Positions 24,777 to 31,796 of a stretch of DNA of 32,000 bases are shown in pieces. The translations under genes were made by a program, and so were the position numbers. Numbering within the stretch: position 1 is the stretch's first letter; each line of letters begins with the position of its first letter. Origin of the DNA: Demequinaceae bacterium (GTDB lineage Bacteria > Actinomycetota > Actinomycetes > Actinomycetales > Demequinaceae); contig OZ252279.1 of assembly GCA_965250005.1 (NCBI GenBank), positions 630,001-662,000 of the forward strand. The letters run 5' to 3'. The notes under the pieces are model-generated. The model had not been told where the DNA came from. It saw nothing but the letters and a program-made list of their open reading frames with translations, and searched no databases.

Positions 24777-25076
24777 CTATATTCCGTGACTCCCCCGCCT
24801 ACGCCGCCTGCGCGCCGCAAACGACAAGTACACGAAGGCGATTATTGCAACGCCGATGGGTCCCGCGGCGAACCACCGGAAGCCCCCCTCGAACGCTTCC
24901 TGATCCGCTGGATCAATCACCTCGACGCCGAACCAATCCATTACCGCGCCCGGATTCTTGAACACGTATGCGCCGAAGGCCGTCAGCGCGAGCGGCACAC
25001 CGACGGAGGCCGCGGCCCAGCCGCGCGCCGTGACGCGGGGCAGCGCAAATGGCGAGCCGGAGCCGCCCGCAGTCAC
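24777..25076 (-). CDS. small two-TM membrane protein, function unknown
   Basis: GTG 25076 overlaps the upstream gene's stop (GTGA). Two hydrophobic helices ('WAAASVGVPLALTAFGAYVF', 'WFAAGPIGVAIIAFVYLSFAA') then an RRRRRR tail. The ORF-track version (to 25265) overlaps the upstream CDS by ~190 nt. Confidence 0.5.
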   Translation of the reverse strand: MTAGGSGSPFALPRVTARGWAAASVGVPLALTAFGAYVFKNPGAVMDWFGVEVIDPADQEAFEGGFRWFAAGPIGVAIIAFVYLSFAARRRRRRGSHGI

Positions 25077-26113
25077 TCGTCGCCCTCGTCTCTCGTCGCT
25101 GTAGGATCCGGCGGCGTCCGATCCGGCGGCGTCCACGTCTGAGCAACGGTGCGAATCTTCGCCGCGAGGGATTCCCTCCCCGCCCCAGCCGCGAACGCTG
25201 CGGACACCCCCGCTACCATCAGGTCTCGCTTGCCCACGTGCACCACAGGCGCGATGACCACACACGGGATTCCTCGGTTGGCGGCCTCGGCTGCCGCAGG
25301 GGCAACCGTGCCATTGTCGAGACCGCTCGGCGTCATGTCGGAGGCGATAGCGACGACGAGCTCCGCGCCTTCTGCGGCGGCGTGGAAGCCCGCAAGGTCG
25401 GACGCGAAGAACGCTCCTTGCGTCAGGCTCGCTCCGGCGGCGGCCAGGCAGTAGGCAAGTCCGCCCGCAGCTCCGGTACCCGGAGCGGCAGACAGACGGG
25501 ATGGCCCGAGCAGTACCTGTGTGGCAGCGGTCTCGTCCGCGTCGTGTGCGATCGCGAACCAGCGGTCCTCTTGGGACTGTGCGGCTGTCATGACCGCTTG
25601 GTCGCTCTCGCGCCCGGCCACCGTCGCTGCGGCCATGCCTTTGAAACCCAAGAGGGGACGCTGACTTCCCGTCAGGGCAATTAAACTCAGCGAGGCGAGC
25701 ACCGTGCGCGTCGCGGCGAGCCCGCCACCCCAGAGGTCCGTGGCATCGCCAGCGGGCGCATCGTCCCCAACGGGCACGATCACGGGCACCCGCACGCCCT
25801 CGCGCGCCGCATCCGCGGCGATTCCCAGCAGAGCGGTTGCGAGCGCCCGCGGGTTCCAGCGATTCTCAACGCCCTGGGGACTGAGCACTAGGCCAGACTT
25901 CGTGTAGACAGCCTGGGCGCCGCCCACGACGCTTCGCGCACCGCCAAGCACGTCGGCAAGCCGCGGCCCTCCCGGATCAACCGCCACTGCCGTGACGTCG
26001 ACGTGCGGCGCAGCGACACTCCACGCGTGGTGGGCAGTTCCGGCAACCTGCATCGCGCGCGCCACCTCACCGTCACCCTCCGGCCACGCCTCGGTAGTGA
26101 TCACAATGCGCAT
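25073..26113 (-). CDS. glycerate kinase-family protein (Rv2205c-like, divergent)
   Basis: 'MRIVIT' start, 'APGTGAAGGLAY' and C-terminal 'ELVVAIASD...GIPCVVIAPVV' resemble the GlxK/GarK family layout. The N-terminal substrate motif is poorly conserved. Pro/Thr/Asp-rich tail. Confidence 0.5.
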   Translation of the reverse strand: MRIVITTEAWPEGDGEVARAMQVAGTAHHAWSVAAPHVDVTAVAVDPGGPRLADVLGGARSVVGGAQAVYTKSGLVLSPQGVENRWNPRALATALLGIAADAAREGVRVPVIVPVGDDAPAGDATDLWGGGLAATRTVLASLSLIALTGSQRPLLGFKGMAAATVAGRESDQAVMTAAQSQEDRWFAIAHDADETAATQVLLGPSRLSAAPGTGAAGGLAYCLAAAGASLTQGAFFASDLAGFHAAAEGAELVVAIASDMTPSGLDNGTVAPAAAEAANRGIPCVVIAPVVHVGKRDLMVAGVSAAFAAGAGRESLAAKIRTVAQTWTPPDRTPPDPTATRDEGDE

Positions 26114-26140
26114 GGCCGACAGTCTGCCTTAGGCACGTGC

Positions 26141-26146
26141 CAGAAT
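26141..26146 (+). promoter_or_regulatory. -10-like hexamer CAGAAT, putative leaderless promoter of nadA
   Basis: CAGAAT-gaaggg-GTG(26153). There is no other in-frame start between the divergent gene (start 26113) and 26153. Confidence 0.35.
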
Positions 26147-26152
26147 GAAGGG

Positions 26153-27355
26153 GTGAACTCGACATTCAACGAACCGCGCCCCTCGGCCCTCCTGCTCCTA
26201 GGCGGTGGACGCGACGGCGAGTCCGAGAAGGGCGTCGACTGCCCGGGTGGCCTGCCCTCGCCCAGCGACCCTAATCTGATGGCCCGCGCGGTCGCGGCAC
26301 GCAAGACGCTCGGCGACCGAGCGTTCATCCTCGGCCACCACTATCAGCGCGACGAGGTGATCCAGTTTGCAGACGTCAAGGGCGACTCGTTCAAGCTGGC
26401 CCGCGAAGCGGCCGCCCGCCCGGAGGCAGAGTTCATCATCTTCTGTGGCGTGCACTTCATGGCCGAGAGCGCGGACATCCTTACAGGCGACCACCAGGCC
26501 GTGATTCTGCCGGATATGGCGGCCGGGTGCTCGATGGCCGACATGGCCAACATCAGCCAGGTGGAGGACGCCTGGGAGTCGATGGCCGAGGCCGGTGTCA
26601 CCAATGCGACCATCCCCGTCACGTACATGAATTCGACAGCGGCGATCAAGGCGTTCTGCGGCCGCAACCGCGGCGTAGTGTGCACGTCTTCAAATGCGGA
26701 GGTCGCGCTGCGCTGGGCGTTCGACCAGGTGGGCGGTATCGAGGGCGACGGCAAAGTCATGTTCTTCCCGGACCAGCACCTGGGGCGCAACACAGCGGTG
26801 CTCCAGCTCGGCCTAAACCTGGACGACTGCGTTCTTTACGACCCTCGCAAGCCGCTGGGAGGCAACACGATCAAGGAGCTGCGTGCGGCGCGCGTGATCC
26901 TGTGGCGCGGCCACTGCAGTGTGCACGGCAGGTTCCGCAAAGAGCATGTGGACGCGGCTCGAGCCAGGGTTCCTGGAATCAACGTTCTCGTCCACCCCGA
27001 GTGCGTGCACGAGGTGGTGCTGGACGCGGACTACGTGGGTTCGACCGAGTACATCATCAACACCGTCGAGGCTGCCGAACCCGGCAGTGCATGGGTGATC
27101 GGCACCGAGCTCAATTTGGTGCGCAGGCTCGCGAATGCTCACCCCGACAAGACGATCTTGTTCCTTGAGGACACGGTGTGTTTCTGCTCGACCATGAACC
27201 GCATCGACTTGCCGCACCTCGTGTGGGCCATGGAGTCGCTGATTCTGGGCGAGGTCCCCAACCGCATCGTCGTTGATGTCGAGACCACGATGCAGGCGAA
27301 AGTTGCACTCGACCGCATGCTCAATCTGCCCGCGCCAAATACAGATCTCGACTAG
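26153..27355 (+). CDS. nadA: quinolinate synthase (long, corynebacterial-type NadA)
   Basis: 'ILGHHYQRDEVIQFADVKGDSFKLAR', 'FCGVHFMAESADIL', 'AAGCSMADMA', 'VTYMNSTAAIK', 'HPEC' and 'CFCSTMNRI'. ORF-track ATG 26003 would overlap the divergent gene by 111 nt. Confidence 0.88.
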   Translation: MNSTFNEPRPSALLLLGGGRDGESEKGVDCPGGLPSPSDPNLMARAVAARKTLGDRAFILGHHYQRDEVIQFADVKGDSFKLAREAAARPEAEFIIFCGVHFMAESADILTGDHQAVILPDMAAGCSMADMANISQVEDAWESMAEAGVTNATIPVTYMNSTAAIKAFCGRNRGVVCTSSNAEVALRWAFDQVGGIEGDGKVMFFPDQHLGRNTAVLQLGLNLDDCVLYDPRKPLGGNTIKELRAARVILWRGHCSVHGRFRKEHVDAARARVPGINVLVHPECVHEVVLDADYVGSTEYIINTVEAAEPGSAWVIGTELNLVRRLANAHPDKTILFLEDTVCFCSTMNRIDLPHLVWAMESLILGEVPNRIVVDVETTMQAKVALDRMLNLPAPNTDLD

Positions 27356-27390
27356 CCGCCCGGCCGGGCGAGCGGCGCCGTGCCCGTCGG

Positions 27391-27396
27391 TATAGT
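27391..27396 (+). promoter_or_regulatory. -10 hexamer TATAGT, putative leaderless promoter of the DUF3043 gene
   Basis: TATAGT-tcaacc-ATG(27403). Confidence 0.45.
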
Positions 27397-27402
27397 TCAA
27401 CC

Positions 27403-27957
27403 ATGGCCGCAAAGAAACCAGACGAATCGAAGCACACCGAAGGCAAGGGCCACGCGACGCCCACGCGCAAACAGCAGGAGGCGCTACGAAAGCGCCCGCT
27501 AGTGCTCGACACCAAGAAGAACTCGAAGGCGCGGCGACAGAAAGGCAAGACGCAACGCCAGCGCGAGTACGACGCCATGCAGAACGGTGACGCGCAAAAT
27601 ATGCCCCCGCAGCATGCGGGTTTAGTTCGCAAATTCGCCAGGGACTACATTGACTCCCGACTAACCATCGGCGAGTTCATGCTGCCCATCACGCTGGTCG
27701 CGCTTGGCATCATGATGTTCGGCGGAGCTCTCGATACTGTCGTGGCAATCACGGGTCTTGCAATCATGCTGCTTTTCTTCACGTGGATTGTTGAGACAAT
27801 TCTGGTGGTCAATCGCATGCGCAAGGCAGCCATCGAGAAATTTGGCGCGGACAAGGTCACCGGCGCGTACCGCTGGTATGGACTTCAACGCCTGTCGCAA
27901 ATGCGCGTGCTGCGCATGCCCAAGCCTCAGGTGCGGCGCGGCGAGCGCCCCTCGTAG
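27403..27957 (+). CDS. DUF3043-family membrane protein (Rv2206-like)
   Basis: Basic N-terminus 'GKGHATPTRKQQEALRKRP', then two TM helices ('FMLPITLVALGIMMFGG', 'ITGLAIMLLFFTWIVETILVV'). Typical DUF3043 architecture and synteny. Confidence 0.7.
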   Translation: MAAKKPDESKHTEGKGHATPTRKQQEALRKRPLVLDTKKNSKARRQKGKTQRQREYDAMQNGDAQNMPPQHAGLVRKFARDYIDSRLTIGEFMLPITLVALGIMMFGGALDTVVAITGLAIMLLFFTWIVETILVVNRMRKAAIEKFGADKVTGAYRWYGLQRLSQMRVLRMPKPQVRRGERPS

Positions 27958-28068
27958 ACTGCTCCAGAGTCGTCGCAGCCCATGGCGAACACCCTCGTCC
28001 TCAGCGCGTCAGCACGCAGCACGTCAACCGGTCAACACGCGGGCGGCAACGGTTGAAACGTATCGATA

Positions 28069-28074
28069 TAGCCT
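28069..28074 (+). promoter_or_regulatory. -10 hexamer TAGCCT, putative leaderless promoter of the aldo/keto reductase gene
   Basis: TAGCCT-gtgacc-ATG(28081). Favours ATG 28081 over GTG 28075. Confidence 0.4.
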
Positions 28075-28080
28075 GTGACC

Positions 28081-29091
28081 ATGGTCAATTATCGCTACTT
28101 AGGTGACTCCGGCCTCAAAATCACGGAGATCGTCTACGGCAACTGGCTCACACACGGGTCGCAGATCGAAAATGACCAGGCCCGCGCGTGCGTGAAGGCA
28201 GCGCTCGACGCAGGCATTACATCCTTCGACACCGCTGACGCGTACGCCGGCACCAAAGCTGAAACCGTGCTCGGCGAAATCCTCAAGGGCGAGAACCGCG
28301 AACAGATCGAGGTCTTCACCAAGACCTTCTGGGGCACCGGTCCTGGCGTCAACGAGAAGGGCCTCAGCCGCAAATACCTGCGCCGCTCGATCGACGACTC
28401 GCTGCGTCGGCTACAGATGGATTACGTGGACGTGTGGCTCGCCCACCGCTACGACAATGAAACGCCACTTGAAGAGACGCTGCAGGCCGTCAAGATCGCG
28501 ATCGACCAAGGAAAGGTCTTGTACTTCGGTGTGAGCGAGTGGCCCGCGGAAAAAATCGGCCAGGCTACCAAAATGTCTAAAGAGATGGGCTTCCAGATAG
28601 TCGCCTCGCAGCCCCAATACTCGATGCTGCACCGCGTGATCGAGGAAGAAGTTATCCCCGCATGCGAGGACGGCGGCATCGGCCAAATCGTGTTTTCCCC
28701 CATCGCTCAAGGCGTATTGACGGGCAAATACCTGCCCGGACAGCCAGTCCCCGAGGGGTCGCGCGCGACAGATGAGGCGGGTGGAAAAGGCATGATCCGT
28801 CGGCAACTCGACCGCGAGGGTCTTCTCGCTGCGGTGCAGAACCTCAAGCCAATCGCCGACGGCCTCGGCCTCACCATGGCGCAACTCGCGGTGGCGTGGG
28901 TGCTGCAAAACCCGAATGTGTCCGCAGCCATCATGGGCGCGTCGCGCCCCGAGCAGGTCATGGACAATGCCAAGGCTTCAGGCACCGATATCCCGGCCGA
29001 CGCCATGCAGAATATCGACGATGCGCTGGACGGATTCATCACGCACGACCCGCAACTAACCATCACGGGAAACCCCAGCGGGCGCCCATAG
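28081..29091 (+). CDS. aldo/keto reductase family oxidoreductase
   Basis: 'YRYLGDSGLKITEI', 'ITSFDTADAYAG' (Asp-Tyr), 'FTKTF' (Lys) and 'LAHRYD' (His) give the AKR catalytic tetrad context. About 336 aa. Confidence 0.88.
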   Translation: MVNYRYLGDSGLKITEIVYGNWLTHGSQIENDQARACVKAALDAGITSFDTADAYAGTKAETVLGEILKGENREQIEVFTKTFWGTGPGVNEKGLSRKYLRRSIDDSLRRLQMDYVDVWLAHRYDNETPLEETLQAVKIAIDQGKVLYFGVSEWPAEKIGQATKMSKEMGFQIVASQPQYSMLHRVIEEEVIPACEDGGIGQIVFSPIAQGVLTGKYLPGQPVPEGSRATDEAGGKGMIRRQLDREGLLAAVQNLKPIADGLGLTMAQLAVAWVLQNPNVSAAIMGASRPEQVMDNAKASGTDIPADAMQNIDDALDGFITHDPQLTITGNPSGRP

Positions 29092-29116
29092 TTCCAAGAT
29101 TCGCGGCCCCGTCCGC

Positions 29117-29160
29117 AAACAGAAGGCCCCAAGGCCGCTTGGCCTTGGGGCCTTCTGTTT
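29117..29160. terminator. bidirectional intrinsic terminator (20-bp perfect stem, 4-nt loop)
   Basis: aaacagaaggccccaaggcc / gctt / ggccttggggccttctgttt, 26 nt after the AKR stop. Confidence 0.75.
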
Positions 29161-29174
29161 CAAAGGAGAAAACA

Positions 29175-29273
29175 ATGCCTCGTACGTCTGGCAGGTACGT
29201 ACATAGTGGTAACGGCAATATGTGCCAAAAAGTTCCCGGAGCTGTCAATTTGATCGGGCGCAATTGCGCCTAG
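29175..29273 (+). CDS. candidate 32-aa small ORF (unverified)
   Basis: AAGGAG (29163-29168) + 6 nt + ATG. Encodes MPRTSGRYVHSGNGNMCQKVPGAVNLIGRNCA. The local region is visibly more AT-rich and its third-codon-position GC is lower than neighbouring genes. Its stop overlaps the pyrD stop (CTAG). Confidence 0.25.
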   Translation: MPRTSGRYVHSGNGNMCQKVPGAVNLIGRNCA

Positions 29274-30283
29274 CGGCGAGTGAGCGCTGCATTGAGCCGC
29301 GCGGGCCAGGCCGGTCCGCGGTACACAATCGCGGTGTAGCCCTGCAGTAGCGTCGCCCCGGCGGCGAGCATTTCTTGCGCGTCATCAACCGTTTCGATGC
29401 CGCCCACGCCCACAATGCACGCCTCCGGGCCCATCCGCGCGCGCAGCCTCGCGACCACCTCAAGCGCGCGCTCGCGCACCGGTGGACCCGAAAGCCCCCC
29501 CGGGCCGCGGTTGTGCTTGACGGTGGTGTTGGCGGCCACCACGCCGTCGAGTCTGAGTTCCGTCGCTAAGTCTGCGACGGCGTCCACATCTGCATCTGCG
29601 AGGTCCGGGGCGATTTTCACCAGTAACGGCACATGGCGCTCGGTTGCGGCGTCGGCCGCGGCGCGGGTTGCCTCGAGAATGGGCCTCAGCGACTTTGTCG
29701 CCTGCAAGTCGCGTAGACCCGGGGTATTCGGCGATGACACGTTGACCACTAGGTAGTCCGCGTATCGCGCTAGCAGCCGCGCGGAGTACGCATAGTCGGC
29801 CGCCGCGTCATCTGGCGCTGTCACCTTGGTCTTGCCGATGTTGACGCCAACCAGCAACTTTCGGCCCGCTCGCGTGGCGCGTAGCCTCCGGAGCCGACGA
29901 GCCACACCATCGGCGCCCTCGTTGTTGAAGCCCATCCGATTGCGCAGGCCACGCACGTCGAGCTCGCGCCACGATCGCGGCTTGTCGTTGCCTGACTGCG
30001 CCTTTGCGGTAATAGTGCCAACCTCGACGTGCGAGAAGCCGATCGCGCTGAGCCCGCGCACCGCGGTTGCGTTCTTATCCAACCCTGCCGCTAGACCCAG
30101 CGGCCCAGGGAATGTGATCCCCATGGCTTCCACCGCGCCACTGGGGTCAGGGCGCGGATAGAGGCCGGTGGCGCGAGCCAAGCGAGCGGTCCAGCCCCCC
30201 CAGCGGATTGCCGCCAACCCTGCAGCGTGCGCGGTCTCAGGGTCGAGACGGCATATCACCACGCGAAAGAAGAGTGCGTACAC
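29270..30283 (-). CDS. pyrD: dihydroorotate dehydrogenase (quinone), class 2
   Basis: 'GLAAGLDKN', 'VEVGTIT', 'NRMGFNNEG', 'GVNIGKTK', 'NVSSPNTPGLRDLQ' and 'GGLSG'. GTG start lies 6 nt after TAGTTT. Confidence 0.92.
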   Translation of the reverse strand: MYALFFRVVICRLDPETAHAAGLAAIRWGGWTARLARATGLYPRPDPSGAVEAMGITFPGPLGLAAGLDKNATAVRGLSAIGFSHVEVGTITAKAQSGNDKPRSWRELDVRGLRNRMGFNNEGADGVARRLRRLRATRAGRKLLVGVNIGKTKVTAPDDAAADYAYSARLLARYADYLVVNVSSPNTPGLRDLQATKSLRPILEATRAAADAATERHVPLLVKIAPDLADADVDAVADLATELRLDGVVAANTTVKHNRGPGGLSGPPVRERALEVVARLRARMGPEACIVGVGGIETVDDAQEMLAAGATLLQGYTAIVYRGPAWPARLNAALTRR

Positions 30284-30289
30284 GCACTC

Positions 30290-30295
30290 AAACTA
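30290..30295 (-). promoter_or_regulatory. -10 hexamer TAGTTT, putative leaderless promoter of pyrD
   Basis: Minus-strand reading is TAGTTT-gagtgc-GTG(30283). Confidence 0.45.
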
Positions 30296-30303
30296 TCGCT
30301 AGA

Positions 30304-30309
30304 TACCAT
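30304..30309 (+). promoter_or_regulatory. -10 hexamer TACCAT, putative leaderless promoter of pepA
   Basis: TACCAT-cggggc-ATG(30316). It lies 8 bp from the opposing pyrD hexamer. Confidence 0.45.
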
Positions 30310-30315
30310 CGGGGC

Positions 30316-31764
30316 ATGACGTCTCTCAATGCAACGGACCTGGACCTGGCCACCATCGAAGCCGACGCGCTCATCTTGGGTGTGATCGGCGACGGCGAGG
30401 TCACCGCGCACGCGCAGCTTTCCGAGGAGGTGCGCGCCGCAATCGCCGCAACTGCCGCGTCCCTCGACCCGAGCTCAAAAGTGGGTGCGGTCACTGTCCT
30501 CCCTCACGACAAGGTTGCCTCCAAGCGGGTCGTTCTCGTGGGATTGGGCGAAGGCCATGACGGCGACCTGCGCGAGGCCGCCGGATCTGCCGCGCGTTCG
30601 TGCGGCAAGAAGCCCTCCCTCGTAGCCGTCGGACTGCCCGGCCTGACGGATAGCGCGCAGTCCGCAACCGCCGAGGGGGCCGTGCTCGGCGCCTACTTCT
30701 TCAACGACTATAAGTCCGACGAGGTCGAAGCCGCATACCAAGGCGCCGAATGGCTCATTGCCGGCGCATCGGATGTGGCGATAGCGGCGGCCAAGACTGT
30801 CGCAGGAGCTGTTGCTGGTGCGCGCGACCTGGTGAACACGGCACCGCTCGACCTCTACCCCGCCACGTTCGCCGAGGCGGCCGTGGGGCTCGGCGTGGCC
30901 GGCAACGTGGACGTCCGGGTGTGGGAGCCACAGGATTTGGCGAACGAAGGCTTCGGCGGAATCCTCGCCGTCGGCATGGGTTCCTCCCGGTTGCCCCGCT
31001 TGGTCCGCATCGAGTGGAAACCCGAGGGCGCCAAGCAGACCGTGGCGCTGGTGGGCAAGGGCATCACATTCGACTCGGGCGGCCTCTCGCTCAAGCCGCC
31101 GCAGTCCATGGAGACCATGAAGTCAGACATGGCTGGCGCCGCCGCTGTCATGCACATCGTCCTCGCGGCCGCGCGTTCCGAGCTCAAGATTGGCGTGACC
31201 GGCTGGCTGTGCTTGGCGGAGAATCTGCCGTCGGCCACCGCCCAGCGACCAAGCGACGTCATTCGCATTTACGGCGGCAAGTCCGTTGAGGTCCTCAATA
31301 CCGATGCCGAGGGCCGCCTGGTACTCGCAGACGGGCTCGTCCGCGCGTGCGAAGAGAAGCCGAGCATGGTGATCGATATCGCGACACTCACGGGCGCGCA
31401 AGGCATAGCACTCGGATCGCGGACCTCAGGCGTGATGGGCACCCCCAACGAGCGGGCCGAAATGGTCGCAGCAGCCGACGAGGTAGACGAGCCGATGTGG
31501 GCCATGCCGCTGCCCGAGTACCTACTCGAGACCGTGAAGTCCAAGCTCGCGGACCTGAAAAACATCGGGGAGCGCAGTATGGCAGGAATGTTGAGCGCTG
31601 GAGTGTTCCTTGGCGAGTTCGTCGGGGACACGCCGTGGGTCCACATGGACATCGCACGGCCATCGTTTAATGAGGGTAAGCCCTTCGGATTCACGCCAGC
31701 CGGCGGAACGGGTGCCGCCGTGCGGACCGTGCTGCGGTTCCTCGAGAAGCGCGCCGGAGCCTAG
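30316..31764 (+). CDS. pepA: leucyl aminopeptidase (M17 family)
   Basis: 'VGKGITFDSGGLSLKP', 'MKSDMAGAAAV' and 'NTDAEGRLVLAD' M17 signatures. ORF-track start 30208 overlaps pyrD by 76 nt. Confidence 0.92.
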   Translation: MTSLNATDLDLATIEADALILGVIGDGEVTAHAQLSEEVRAAIAATAASLDPSSKVGAVTVLPHDKVASKRVVLVGLGEGHDGDLREAAGSAARSCGKKPSLVAVGLPGLTDSAQSATAEGAVLGAYFFNDYKSDEVEAAYQGAEWLIAGASDVAIAAAKTVAGAVAGARDLVNTAPLDLYPATFAEAAVGLGVAGNVDVRVWEPQDLANEGFGGILAVGMGSSRLPRLVRIEWKPEGAKQTVALVGKGITFDSGGLSLKPPQSMETMKSDMAGAAAVMHIVLAAARSELKIGVTGWLCLAENLPSATAQRPSDVIRIYGGKSVEVLNTDAEGRLVLADGLVRACEEKPSMVIDIATLTGAQGIALGSRTSGVMGTPNERAEMVAAADEVDEPMWAMPLPEYLLETVKSKLADLKNIGERSMAGMLSAGVFLGEFVGDTPWVHMDIARPSFNEGKPFGFTPAGGTGAAVRTVLRFLEKRAGA

Positions 31765-31796
31765 AGCGCCCGCGCGCTGCAGTCACCAACTACGGT

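Noticed and set aside
26114-26124. Possible leaderless promoter for the glycerate-kinase-like gene (GACTGT then 5 nt then ATG 26113), and CAGCGT-N6-ATG 1273 for DUF4192.
   Set aside because: The hexamers deviate at the first base and/or the spacer is 5 nt. This is too weak to count with the other twelve, so they are left unscored.
26003-26152. Upstream ATG start for nadA. Analogous ORF-track extensions exist for pepA (30208), ctaD (22384), aroG (5175), pfp (6374), the ankyrin gene (12767), the secreted protein (20226) and the 2-TM protein (25265).
   Set aside because: Each extension overlaps the neighbouring CDS substantially and encodes Arg-rich filler. Internal starts have better signals: 1- or 4-nt coupling overlaps, Shine-Dalgarno sequences, or TANNNT-N6.
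28053-28058. TTGAAA -35-like hexamer upstream of the AKR gene, and the nearby caaccg/cggttg inverted repeat (28025-28056).
   Set aside because: Spacing to the TAGCCT -10 (28069) is only 10 nt, incompatible with a sigma-70-type -35/-10 pair. The inverted repeat is short, has a large loop, and has no supporting context.
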